From Octopus sinensis (taxonomy: Eukaryota): a DNA stretch of 64,000 nucleotides. Below are positions 25,270-37,889 of the stretch, one piece after another (position 1 is the stretch's first letter; each line of letters begins with the position of its first letter). Location of the stretch: positions 42,470,001 to 42,534,000 of the forward strand of contig NC_043003.1 in assembly GCF_006345805.1 (NCBI RefSeq). Direction: 5' to 3'. The position numbers were made by a program, and so were the translations under genes. Under the pieces are notes generated by a model. That model was not told the DNA's origin. It made no database searches and was given only the letters and a program-made list of their open reading frames with translations.

Positions 25270-26450
25270 TATAATATACACATAATCTTGTGAAAGAGTG
25301 TGCGTAATGAGAATTTTGTTTGGAATGTTATATTTTCTGACACTAAGAATATTTCCTGAATTATTGATAAGTCATTGTCAGTTGTAATGATAAAATCTTT
25401 TATTTCCATAAATATGCATTTAATGCCGCCCATACTGTGTTGCCGAACTTTCAGGTTATATGTGTCATGTTTACAAAATTTGTTTTTGTGTGTCAAGTGT
25501 TTATTGTAAAATGCATTCTGTACAATCTTCAGATGTTGAGAAGTGTGATAAAAATGAAACTTCCTGTTTTCATAGTTAATGATGAAGTTATTGTTATTTT
25601 ACTGGAGAGTCATGTGTTTTTCTGAAGTAATTGTGAATTACTTCAGTTGTTGTTTGCTAGTGCTTGTACATGTATTTTGCGCACGGTAATATAGTTTACT
25701 ATCATATAAACACTAGTGTAATTTTGTGTCATATAAACACTAGTGTAATTTTGTGAGCTGATTTCAATCGTTTAAGAGTAATATGTGTATATATTACCAA
25801 CATGTCGTTCAAACGGCATTCTTTCCCTGATCATTTTATCGTTTGTAGCATATTGTATTCAGTATTGATTTATCCTGTATTCTTATATTTTTAAGACTGC
25901 GAGGAAGATATGGTAGTAATTTCTGACTGGTCAAATGATCATGTAGGTACCTATACTTTTACTTGAATGTGTTAGGTAATATTTTAAGTAAACAGGGTTA
26001 ATATTTGAAATAAACGGATGAGTATTGGATAGAGGTGGTGAGTATTGTATTTAAGAGATAATACACAGCTGGTATATTGCTGTTTAAATACAGGTTGCCT
26101 TTAATCGAGTAGACCTTAGATGAGAGGCATTCCAGCCGTGACATTACCGACTATATATTATGGTATCTTGTATACAAGGAATCCTGAACCATTTTGTCCA
26201 AAATCTTATTTTAGAAGTTGGTCGTGATTTTAGGCAGACAGCTTGATTGACCAAGTAGATACTTGTGTTTCCTGTTTGCTTATATATTTGCCAATATGCA
26301 TACATACATGTACAAGTCTTTATATGCAATATCTTCAGGGACAAAAAAGGAATAACGAAAAATTTTGGTAAAGCGCTTCGGTGTCTTCCAAACCTAGAAA
26401 TATCAATATCTTCGACTTTTCCAACTATTTGATTAATCGTTCTCATTTCT
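25270..26450 (-). mobile_element. Possible degenerate Penelope-like remnant
   Basis: Minus-strand peptides KVRQHS...IKDFII..DNDLSIIQEIFLV and RSALPKFF loosely resemble the PLE endonuclease C-terminus and RT N-terminus. Confidence 0.3.
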
Positions 26451-28005
26451 GACGTTTCAAAGGTGATGAAACAGTCGTTGATAATCTCTTTTTTTATATG
26501 AATTAATTTACTGTCCTTCCTTAGTCACCACAATGAGGTAAGGAAAATAGCTAAAGCGGATCAATGGTTTAAGAAGATATTATTTTAAATTATTTTGCTA
26601 ATGTATAAACATTTTTAATTTACCAAATTATTACTGACCACTAACTCTTAGCACTTCCTTTAAACATTGCATACTTATGTACATATCTGTGTCGATTGAG
26701 TTTGACTGTGCTTCACTGGTAAGTTTTAATTAGATCGACAAATGCCTGTAGCTGTAACCTTGCCTGCTAACAATGATAACACTTCCTCTGGAAGCATGTA
26801 CATTAATTTTTTGCGAAATTGTTAATTTCTCGAAATTTCTTTGCAAATCGCTGGCAATTACCTCTCGGCGAATTACAGTAATTTCAATTAATTGACTACA
26901 TTTGAGTACATTATTCATTTCATCAATACTTATTGTAATACTAACGAATACAGTTACTAGTGTAGATGTGGTTGTTGGAGTTGCTTTTGTTGTGGTTATA
27001 ATGGATGATGTGGCGGGCTATGTTAAGTTGTGTCAGTGCTATTTTGTTGTGATAGTGGTATTGTTTGTGTTTCTTTTTTGCCATCAACAGTAACTAGCCA
27101 TCAAACTTATTATCAAAGACAATCTACCCGTGATTGCACCGTCATTTTGCATATCAGAAGATAAATATTTCTAGGAGATTCATGAAACGCGTAGAAACAG
27201 CTGCATTGGTTTAGTATTGTTGTTACTATTGTGATGATGGCGGTGGTGGGTTTCTCGCTGTGCGCGGTTGGTGATGATGGTGATGGCGTTATGTATGGCT
27301 CCACGTAAAAAGCATTCCATCAAGAATTTCGTTTCGTTTTTTGCCTTCCGAGAGAGAGTGTTAGAATTTTATATCCGTAACTCAAGATAAAACAAAAAAT
27401 TTGAAATCAAACAAGCATATGACAAAAGTTGTAATTTTCTTTTAAAACTGGCCACTTCTGAACACAATTTCAGTCTTACCTTTTTTTTTTCTTTTTCTTG
27501 ATCACATGCCGATGATAATTATGAAAATTTCCTTCATAGAACGAATTGACATTTTTCTGCAGTTTTCCAATTAGTAAGAAACAATAAGGAAAATCGATTT
27601 CCATATGAGAATTTGAAGTTAATCTAGACAATTGAATTTGAGAAAACTATGAATACGATGCAGTAAACACCGCAGCCAACCTAAAAATTAACAGCGAAGA
27701 AGAGCAGGGTCGACATTTTTTACTGTTTTTTTCTAAGCATTTGTACGGCAGTTCAGCCACACAGTTGTGGTGGACCAATCAGAACGCCTCAGTTCTGAGC
27801 AGCAAATGATATTTTATATCTAATGTGAATATTGTTGTTCTGGAATTAAATCGAAATCAAATGCGTTTAAATGTATTGATTTTTATCATCACCTGCAGAG
27901 AATAAGTTTCGCAAAAATGTGACCAGGTATTACATAATTTATTGTTTCCTTCGTGTTCTTAAGATGGTAGAGTATTAAGAGAGAGAGAGAGAGAGAGGGA
28001 GGGAG

Positions 28006-28038
<33 letters not shown>

Positions 28039-28909
28039 GGAGGGAGAGATAGCTACGATTTCTAGTAGGTCTTCGACCACATGATTGGTGGTGTTTTGTT
28101 TATTATTTTTGTTTCTAAATTTAAAAAAAATTTTTTATCCCTCACAGAATGAGTAGAGTTCGTAACGTTCTCCGTCTTATCGCATGCATGAAGTCAATAC
28201 AGATGGTGTTTACCTTGCACTTGGACATCTAAAACTATGTCGGCCACAATGAGATGACAATGAATACAGTTTCAGCTTCAGTTCATAGAAATTTACTGCC
28301 CTGTTCAAGTACGTTTATTATTGATCTATCACTATACACCTAGCAATTTATAAAATTCCTATCCCATAACGGGCGCGTGTGCAACTAAGTATACTGCGCA
28401 AGTGTAACACCTAATGATGAACAGAGAAACAACTGAAATATTACTTAATATACTTCATATTATAAAATATAATTATTGTATAATACGAGGTTAAATAATC
28501 CGGAAAATTATGTTAACTTATTAACGACATAATTATCTTACACAATTTATACATTTCAGAAATGTGTGAATATGGCGTTCATACCATTCTCCATGTCAGC
28601 ACTTGTGGTAAAGACAGGAATATGGTTAAGTCTTAAAATACACTCAGCTTTTCGATTAAGAAGGGTCAACATTTGACTTGATGTAGCATATTTGCAGGAC
28701 ACGTAGCTTTTTACTGAATTTAAATTATATCCGAAATTAAATGCAGGGGTGGATCACTTACGATATTTGAAGGATTTCACAACCTGTTTCATCAACAGGT
28801 TGATTACATAATCCACTGAGTAACGATATACATACATACCTCCATATATGTGTGTGTGTTTGTACAGATATATATATGTCTATGTATTTAGATACATAGA
28901 TGTATGTGT

Positions 28910-28950
<41 letters not shown>

Positions 28951-29067
28951 CATATCTAGCTTAAATACACTTGATGATGGGGTGCAGTTACAAACATTGT
29001 AGTGCTTACTATGCGTTATTTTGAAGCTTGAATCGAGGCTTGATTCGTGATCATACATCAAAATACC

Positions 29068-29302
29068 TATTTCTATTTCTTTATTACCCCCAAGGGGCTA
29101 AACATAGAGGGGACAAATAAGGACAGACATAGGTATTAAGTCGATTACATCGACCCCGGTGCGGAACTGGTATTTAATTTATCGACCCCGAAAGGATGAA
29201 AGGCAAAGTCAACCTCGGCGGAATTTGAACTCACAACGTAACGACAGACGAAATACCGCTAAGCATTTCGCCCGGCGTGCTAACGTTTCTGCCAGCTCGC
29301 CG
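29068..29302 (-). mobile_element. SINE family B, young monomer
   Basis: Near-consensus; 12-bp TSD CATCAAAATACC at 29056-29067 and 29303-29314. Confidence 0.92.
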
Positions 29303-29435
29303 CATCAAAATACCATCGAAAGTTGAGGTCTATCAGGCATGTGTCTTAACAACGCTATTGTGTGGATGCGAAACCTGGACAACCTACTGCAGGCGTATCG
29401 AATCTCTCCAGAGATTTCACCTGCGATGCATTAAT
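29303..29435 (+). pseudogene. RTE-clade LINE reverse transcriptase C-terminal fragment
   Basis: IKIPSKVEVYQACVLTTLLCGCETWTTYCRRIESLQRFHLRC matches the RTE/BovB motif TK.VY.A.VL.TLLYG.ETW; split from its upstream part by SINE B. Confidence 0.8.
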
Positions 29436-30744
29436 ATTATATTTTTAGACATATGTGCATGATATTACAGGTCCTTAGCGTTGTCCTGTTGCCAAATATC
29501 CAGAAACAAATTTTTGTCTTGTACATTTTGAATTCAGTTTGTACTGATTGACTGATGGTTGCAGTTACATTGATATTATTACTTTTTGGGAGCTAGATTG
29601 GCATTTTTAGAAAGCTCGTCACTTTTTTCTATAATTCAGTGAAAATCTGGATGAACTTTCTAAAGTACTTCATGAGATGTATTTAAGTTACACAATTCGT
29701 ATTTCTTTTTTATTTTGACATCTCCGAAATCTTTGTCCTTTGATAGCTGACATTTACCCTAACTGAAGTTCAACATTTGTAAACTGGACTGTTAAGAAAT
29801 CTCTATGATATGCATCTTTCATTTAGATCGGAAAAACGTTTTTATTGCATTTTTCTGCAAATGTACGTTCCTTTGAGACCTGTTCCTAACTATTGAGTAG
29901 ATTTTCAATGTGAGATGACAAGCAAGGTTTACCTGAAGTTACCCAAGAATCACCATTAGTTTAATGATAGAGCTACACCTGGGATCTTGTAAGAGCAAAT
30001 CAAGAACCTCACATATGTAACTGAAAGGTATTGTGCACTCACTCATTACATAATTTCCACTTCACCTGCTTCAGAACCTCAGAATTTTTTTCACAATATT
30101 GTACAGAGACTAATGATTGTGTGGAAGACTTAGAAACAACTAAAAAACAAAAGGAGCAGTACTGTCGTTTGTGGGTAAAGTTGCAGCAATTCAAGATTAT
30201 ATCACTCTAACTGCAATCTGGGTGAGTGAACGAATTTGCCAAAATTAGATTGATGAAGAAAAATTTTGTTATTTCTCCAAATGCATTATGAACATTTCTT
30301 CCTCACGTGTTACCAATTGTTGACAAATTATTTAATTCTTATATAGGCTTTATCTCGAACCAATGTTTCCATGGCTTTTTATAACTCTATTTTCCTCAAC
30401 ACGTATTCTTTATAGATTTTGCAATTTGGATAAATTCTAAAATTGTTACTTTCGAATCAAAGGACTAATTGAGCAGAAAACCCGACAAAAAGGATATTAA
30501 AATTCCTAATGTAAAATCCGTAACTTCGAAAATGTTCATGGTTTCAAACACCATAGAAAATGTGAAATAATTCTATTATTTTTCAGATTTAGACATGAAT
30601 ATATTGTTATCAATTCATGTTTGCGAAAATCTCTATACCTTCATCATCAACAGTACCTGGGACACAATTTTATTTCAAGAAATATATATAGAGGTTATCT
30701 TTTGAGAACTCCATGTCATGAAAATAATTAATTAAAATATCATA

Positions 30745-30965
30745 TAGGCGGCGAGCTAGAAGAATCATTAGCACGGCGGATAAAATGCTTAGCGGCATTT
30801 CGACCGTCTTTACAGTTTGAGTTCAAATTCCGCTGACGTCAACTTTGCTTTTCATCCTTTCGCAATCGATGAAATAAGTACTCGTTAGGCAATGGGGTGG
30901 GAGAGTAATCCACCGGACTCCTCCATCAAAATTTCAGGAATTGTGCCTATAATAGAAATGATTAT
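30745..30965 (+). mobile_element. SINE family B, old full-length monomer
   Basis: GGCGGCGAGCTAGAAGAATC head, CCGTCTTTAC, GAGTTCAAATTCCGC, tail AAAATTTCAGGAATTGTGCCTATAATAGAAATGATT. Confidence 0.85.
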
Positions 30966-31194
30966 AAATGTCATGATTTCCGAAAGATAGAACGATGTTT
31001 CAAATACTATGAAAGATAAAGAATAACTTACTCTGCAATTGCTTCACATTTGAATTTGTATAAGTTACTAAAATATACATATATAAATTTATGTGTATAA
31101 ATGTATGTGTCTATATCTATACATGTGTGTGCCCATATCAATAAATAAATACATACAAATTTATATGAATACGCATACACACCACATTTATAAT

Positions 31195-31520
31195 ATAGAC
31201 GCGTGGCTTAAGGATTAGAACACTCGGCTCAAGATTGTAAGATCCCGAGTTCGATTACTGGTAGCGCTGAGTCCTTGAGAAAAACATTTTATTTCACATT
31301 GACCAATTCATTCAGCCGGCAAAAACGAGTCGTATCTGCACTTCAAAGGGTCAGCCTTATCACATACTATGTCACGCTAAATATCCCTGAGAATTTACTT
31401 TAAAGTTACGCATGTCTGTCAACTGCTCAACCATTTGCACGTTGATATTTCGAGCAGGTTGTACCGTTGATCAGAACAACTGCAGTCACTCGTCGTCGTC
31501 GTAAACGACAGAGAGTCAGT
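31195..31520 (+). mobile_element. tRNA-derived SINE family C
   Basis: GACGCGTGGCTTAAGGATTAG A box and GAGTTCGATTAC B box, long body, ends GTCGTAAACGACAGAG. Confidence 0.7.
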
Positions 31521-31578
31521 TATACAATTATATTTTCTTTTATTTTTATGATGTACGTATATGCATATATATATGTAT

Positions 31579-31614
<36 letters not shown>

Positions 31615-31732
31615 AAATAGTAAAAAGTGAAAAAACTACAGAAGGCTTGTTTTATAAGGTTAAAGAATATATTTGAGTCATTATGTTGGAAGAATGTTAT
31701 AAAATGTTTTCATACAGTAACATAGTTTTTGA

Positions 31733-31769
31733 AGAAATTACCGGTTTCGTGTTAACTTTTCAAATTTCT
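31733..31769 (-). ncRNA. Minimal type I hammerhead ribozyme, U3:A8 covariant
   Basis: AGAAAU UUGAAAA GU-UAAC-AC GAAA CCGG UA AUUUCU: 6-bp stem I, 2-bp stem II, palindromic ACCGGU, GUA triplet, in the 3' UTR of PLE1. Confidence 0.7.
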
Positions 31770-31952
31770 CAAGTGTCTTTACCTACATCGTGTTATGTCT
31801 TCGTTATGGAGTGCAAAGAAGAGTTCCAGGTAGGGGGAGGTAATGCGCGATTTCTTCCGGTATGAGGGAAATAATCGCTTTATATTTCTTTTCCCTTTAT
31901 CTAATGGGGTGAGTTTCTCTGTATAAGAATGTTAGAGTGGTTAAGTTTGGGT

Positions 31953-33700
31953 TTATATATTTTCAATGAAGAATGTTTCCTCGTTTAATCTAATTTGTGT
32001 TGGTGTTCCAATAGCACATTGATAGAATGGAAAGATTAAAAATTGAGGTAGTAGTTGCTTTGCGCATTTCTCAATATGCTCCCTAAAGGGTATCATTCTG
32101 TATTCTGGGAATGCAATCTGTTGTCGATGCAGAGTGCATCTACGTCTAAGTAATAGTCCCGTGGACCCCACGTAGTTTTGGTGGCAGCCCGAGCATCTTA
32201 TGACATAAATTATGTTTTCAGAAGCACAAGTAAAATTAGATTTGATCTTGAATTTTTGTCCCTCTTTGAAGAAGAATTCTGATCCTTCTAGAAGGTTTGG
32301 GCATGTTGCGCAGTTTGGTCTACCACATTTTTTTACTTTTGCATCCATAGTTTCAGAAAACAATTTTGCCTTTGTGAGAAACTTTTTAAGTGATTTATGT
32401 TGTTTGTAGCTTTTAATGATTTTATGTATGTTTAGAATTTCCTTTAATTTGGCTCCTTATGAAGTATTGGTAAATTCTGGGTGATGATGGTGAAGGCTTC
32501 TTTGTTTCTGGGGTTGTATGTGGATATGTAAGGCAGTATTTTCGGGGAAGGTGTGTTGTTGTGTTGAACTTTTCTCAAAGTTTCTATGTCGATTCCTGTT
32601 GCACGTCTGATCCCGTCCCCTATGAGTTGAGCTGGGTAGTGTCTGTCAATTAGGGTGTTTTTGAGTTCTTGTAGTCTAAAGTTCCTGGTATTTTCTTCTG
32701 ACACTATTGTGCATATCCTTCTTGCAAGGTTGAAAGGGATGTTTGTTTTAGTGTGTCTTGGGTGGCATGAATCAAAAAGTAGGTATTGTTTAGCGTCTGT
32801 GGCTTTGTAAAAAGTGTCTGTTTCTATTTTAAGGTTAATTTTTTTAATTAGTATATCTAAGAATGGAAGCTCCTTTTGGTTGTATTCCATTGTGAACTGT
32901 ATATTTGGGTTGATGCTGTTCAATAGATTTTTGAATTTTAGGAGTTTATCTGTGTTTTCATTCCAGAGTATAAAACAATCGTCCAGGAATCTTTTCCAAT
33001 TCTCTTTTATGTATTGATAGAGGGGGTTTCCAAAGGTCGATAAATATTCCTGGTATACAATTATTTCCAGGTAGCCCATTGTTAGGTTCGCAATGACTGG
33101 TGCTGCCCTTGTACCCATAGCAATTCCGGATTTTTGACGGTAAAATGTATTGTCAAACATGAAGTGGTTATTATGTAGGATGAATTCAACCGATTTAGTA
33201 ATGAATTCTTTACTGATCCTTTTTGGTATTTCTTCCGGAAATTGGTCCAGCCAGAACTGTATTGCCTCTAGTCCATAATTATGAGGTATATAAATTAACT
33301 ACATCAAATGAAACCATGATTGTTTCTTCCTTGACTTTTTTTGGAAGGTGGTTTAACATATCCAAGTCATCTCTGATATGACTATCGATATGTTTAAGGT
33401 AGGGTTTCAAGAGGATGTCCATAAATAGACTTAATCTGTGTGTTTCACAGGTTGGGCCAGCTACAATGGGTCGTAGTTTTAGGTCCCCCGGGTTAGGTGT
33501 GTGTATGTATGTCTTTGGTGATTTTTTAATGGTTTCATTTATAATTTGGCTTTTATGTATTTTTGGCAGACCATAGAAGAGGCTAGGCTTGCATTTAAAG
33601 TTTGTTAGAAAGTCAATCTCTTTGGTTGTTAGTTCCTTTTCATGGGTTTTAATTAGTGAAGACAGAGTTTTCATTATTTTTTGCGGGGTGTAGTTATTAT
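31953..33700 (-). pseudogene. PLE reverse transcriptase and GIY-YIG endonuclease, frameshifted
   Basis: FYGLPKIHK, LRPIVAG, SFDVVNLYT, QKSGIAMGT, KRFLDDCF, PFLDI, TDAKQYL, then CGRPNCATC and NIIYVIRCSGCHQNYVGST. Frameshifts near 33280 and 32440. The Cys-rich linker suggests Neptune-like. Confidence 0.95.
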
Positions 33701-34230
33701 ATCCCTTCATCGGATACGGTGTGAGAGGATGGTTAAATAAGAGTTCATTTAGATAAGATACAAAATAGAGAGTGAGGTGGAGGAAAGAAAACAGATGTGA
33801 GATGTGTAGGGATATTGTATTTGTAGATCTTTTTTTTTTTAGGCAGAATGGTATACATATAAGATTCCAATATCTTGTGATTAAAATCCACTTTAAATAA
33901 AACCCTTGATTCAATAATACTGTGTATAAACTCTATACTTGGAATGACCAATTTTAAATACTATTGGAGTTTACTCATAAGATATTGGAATCTTATATGT
34001 ATACCATTCTGCCTAAAAAAAAATGGATCTACAAATTCAATATCCCTACACAGCTCACATCTATTTTCTTTCCTCCACCTTACTCTTTATTTTTTATGTT
34101 ATCTAAATGAACTATTATTTAACCATCCTCTCACACAATCCCCGATGAAGGGATATAATAAATATCCTGGAAACAGCTGTAAGACCTTCTGTCTATAAAT
34201 GTTTTAAAATCTACACAGCCTTGTCTTTTT
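33694..34230. mobile_element. Inverted pLTR pair at the 5' end of PLE1
   Basis: Arms about 33694-33898 and 33952-34161 are reverse complements; the plus arm carries CCGATGA A GGGATAT-AATAA-ATATCCT GGAAACAGCTGTA (degenerate hammerhead). Confidence 0.8.
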
Positions 34231-34556
34231 TATCTCATTACGAAAAAAATTTATATATGTGCGTGTGTAAATAAACATGTGTGTGAGTGCGTGTGTATAT
34301 GAATGTATGCATTTATGTAAACGTGTGTGTACGTACGAAAGTGACTGTTTCTATATGAACGTTGTTACAAATGTATGTATGTGTACAAATTTCTAATCGT
34401 AAGCTGAATAATCGACTGTTTGTTTAATACAATGTTTTAAGCACGAATAACCATGGAAAACTCACACACACTCATATACTATGTGTGTTTCTGTGTTTGC
34501 TTGTATGTGTGCATATCTATAAATCTATCTATCTATCTACCTATGTATCTTCCTAT

Positions 34557-34616
<60 letters not shown>

Positions 34617-34903
34617 AAAGATATATACACGTGTATATAATATATATTAGTAGGACGCGTCTTTATATATGAAAGGAAATAATCAAGTGAATGGACGTAT
34701 TATAAAGCACACATATACAGTTCCATACACACGCACATTCACAAGCACACACACACAAATATTTACAAACACACGCAAAATTATCTGTGTAAGCATGCAT
34801 TTATATATGCATGCAAGTGTGTATGTAGGTAGCTATTTGTATATAGTTGTATGTGTGGTGTGTGTGTAAACACACAAACGCAGATGCATATATGTGTGTG
34901 CGT

Positions 34904-34944
<41 letters not shown>

Positions 34945-35033
34945 TGTGTATGTATATGTATGTATGTACTGCATATAAACATAAATTTGTATATTTACAT
35001 ACACGCAGACACAAAGTCAACAAACTCACACAT

Positions 35034-35068
<35 letters not shown>

Positions 35069-35520
35069 ACACACACACACACACACACCACTATATATAT
35101 ATATATACGCGCATACGTAACGTCGCATCTACAAAATCAACATGCGATTACATCTGTACACACACACATACACATACATACAATGAATCTACACGTATAT
35201 CCATATACGCATTACAAACTGAACTTCAAAATCACAGTATAACCAATAAACAGCCAGTTTGGTTGAAATTCTTTTGCAATTTCCTATATCTTTAAATTGG
35301 ATCATTCTATCTGCTAGCATTTCTGTTGATCTCAGTAATTTCCTGTAGTCCAGCCTGATGAGTCTTGTTACATGCCAGTTCTATTACCAATTCAAGATAG
35401 ATGCTTCCTGTTACAGCTAAATAAACCATCTGCTAATAAAAGAATTCTGATTTTCATTTATGGCTTGGGATAGTTTTTTGGTTTGATTTCTATGTCAGAT
35501 TGTTTTTTGTGGGGTTGGGG

Positions 35521-35552
<32 letters not shown>

Positions 35553-35829
35553 TATACATATATATGCGTGTGTGTGTGTATGTATGACATACACGTGCGC
35601 ATACGCATGCACACACATACACATACACACACACACATGTAAATATTTTTGTATGTATGTTTGATTGTGACTTGTGTGTGTGTTTATGTCTATTGTTTTA
35701 TTTGTTCTGGTGATGGTTTTTGTGCATTTCTTTAGTTACTAATTATTTTGTTTTATTTAACCTTGATTTTTTTTTACCCATACGACTGTTTAGTTTAGAC
35801 TTTAGACGCGGCGATACATATATACATAT

Positions 35830-36530
35830 ACAAGTTACAGGGATGTAAACACACCGGCTCCGGTTGTCATGCAGTGGTAGTGGGGGACAAACACAGACAC
35901 ATACAGAAACATACACACACACACATACACGCAAACACACACAAACACACACACACATATACACCATGGGCTGTCAGTTTCTTATTTCTTTACTGCTGAG
36001 AAGGGGCTACACACAGAGGGGACAAACAAAGACAGACAAACGGTTTAAGTCGATTATATCGACTCCAGTGCGCAACTGGTACTTATTTAATCGACCCCGA
36101 AAGGATGAAAGTTAAAGTCGACCTTGGCGGGTTTTGAACTCAGAACGTAACGGCAGACGAAATACCTACTTCTTTATTACCCACAAGGGGCTAAACACAG
36201 AGCGGACAAACAAGGACAGATATAGGTATTAAGTCGATTATATCGACTCCAGTGCGCAGCTGGTACTTATTTAATAGACCCCGAAAGGATGAAAGTTAAA
36301 GTCGACCTCGGCGGGTTTTGAACTGAGAACGTAACGGCAGACGAAATACCGATAAGCATTTCGCCCGGCGTGCAAACGTTTCTGCCTGCTCGCCGCCTTT
36401 CAGTTTCTGTCTACGAAATCCACTCACACGGCTTTAGTTGGCCAAGATGTTACGCAGTGGGACTGAACTCAGAACATGTGGTTAGGAATCAAGCTCTTAC
36501 CGCACAGTCATGCCTGCACATCTATATATG
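35830..36530 (-). mobile_element. SINE family A interrupted by a SINE B dimer
   Basis: 3' half GTAAACACACCGG...GGGGACAAACAC at 35840-35900; head at 36409-36530. Confidence 0.75.
35983..36399 (-). mobile_element. SINE family B, dimeric
   Basis: Bodies 184 bp apart (junction positions 36348 and 36164); TSD TCAGTTTCT at 35974-35982 and 36400-36408. Confidence 0.92.
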
Positions 36531-36643
36531 TATATATAGGTGTGGTGAGGCATACTGGAAAAATATAAGTATAGTACCTTATACTTAATATATTAATATA
36601 TATATATATTAATGAGGGCATTCCTATACATAAAGGCCACAAA

Positions 36644-36772
36644 CTAGGGGGGACTTGTAAAGTCAAAACTACCAACATAAACAAACACTATCGAATGCGA
36701 GGGAATGCAACTCACATTCGGTACAATGTGTTTATTAATTTTGCTAGTTTTGACTTTACGAGTCCTTCCTAG
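36644..36772. repeat. About 130-bp imperfect palindrome (small MITE or hairpin)
   Basis: GGACTTGTAAAGTCAAAACTA pairs with TAGTTTTGACTTTACGAGTCC; inner CGAATGCGAG pairs with CTCACATTCG. Confidence 0.75.
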
Positions 36773-36861
36773 CGTGTGGCATTCATGTATAGTAATGCCC
36801 TTTATATAATATAAATAAAAATATTTAAAAGATGGATTTTTCTCTCATGAGGTTTTTCACG

Positions 36862-36916
<55 letters not shown>

Positions 36917-37037
36917 TTTTATATATATATATATATTATAACGGGAAGCTTTATGAAAATAGACAAAAGACGAAGGCAGGTGGGAAACAAACAAACAATT
37001 GTATTAGTATGGCGCTCAGGAAATATAAATGAAACAA

Positions 37038-37077
37038 ATCTTTAACGTTTCGAGCCTACGCTCTTCAACAGAAAGAT
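37038..37077 (-). ncRNA. Minimal type I hammerhead-like motif, CUGUUGA core, in the PLE2 pLTR
   Basis: AUCUUU CUGUUGA A GAGC-GUAG-GCUC GAAA CG UU AAAGAU; 6-bp stem I, 4-bp stem II. Confidence 0.65.
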
Positions 37078-37244
37078 ACACAGAGAGAAAAAAACACAGA
37101 AAGAAGGAGAGAAAAAAATGCGTGCAGTAACTAACGAATCAACATGGCGATCTGATTTCGGCCAGAGGTCAAAGATCAAACATGAGACGCGAGAGCGAAA
37201 TAAGGGGAGATAATAGGGTTGATAATAGGGTTGAATGACCAGCT

Positions 37245-37615
37245 ATTAGTGCGTAGGAGAGGTCTGGACGTGTGTATGTATAGGGTTGGTGTATGTATTA
37301 GTATGTATTAGTATGTATAAGGGTGTGTGTGTGTGTGTGTGTGTATGAGAGAGTATTAGTGCGTATGATAGGTCTGGGCGTGCGTATGTATGGGGTTGGT
37401 GTATGTATTAGTATGTATTAGTATGTATTAGTACGTATTAGTATGTATAAGTGTGTGTGTGTGTGTGTATGAGAGAGTATAAGTGCGTATGAGAGGTCTG
37501 GACGTGTGTATGTATAGGGTTGGTGTATGTAGTATGTATTAGTATGTATTAGTACGTATTAGTATGTATTAGTACGTATTAGTATGTATTAGTTGGTGTA
37601 TGTATTAGTATGGCA
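37245..37615. repeat. About 110-125 bp minisatellite (3 units) with nested TAGTATGTAT 10-mers in the PLE2 3' UTR
   Basis: AGTGCGTA...AGGTCTG(G/A)CGTG...GGGTTGGTGTATG recurs three times. Confidence 0.85.
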
Positions 37616-37889
37616 CATCATATATGATGTGATGTGTAAAGTCGTGTGGTGGTAGTGTGGAGAGAGGAGAAGGGGAGGGGGAGGAGAGGGGGAGGAGAGG
37701 GGGAAGAGGATATGAGAGGAGGGGAGGGGGAGGAAGGGGAGAAGGAAGGGGGGAGGAGAGGGGGAGAGGAGAGGATGGGAGGAGGGAGAGGAGGAAGGGG
37801 ATAGGAAGGAAAGAGGGAGAGGGGAGAGAGAAGGGGAGTGAGGGAGCAGAGGGAAGGGGAAGAGGGAAGGAGGGAGGGAGAAAGAGGGG

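Larger units (their letters stand above)
31620..33700 (-). mobile_element. Penelope-like element 1 (AT-rich, 5' truncated)
   Basis: RT plus GIY-YIG coding remnants, then a 3' UTR containing a hammerhead and ending at (TA)n. Confidence 0.95.

Noticed and set aside
35355-35362. CTGATGAG hammerhead-like core
   Set aside because: No downstream stem II or GAAA; likely a chance match.
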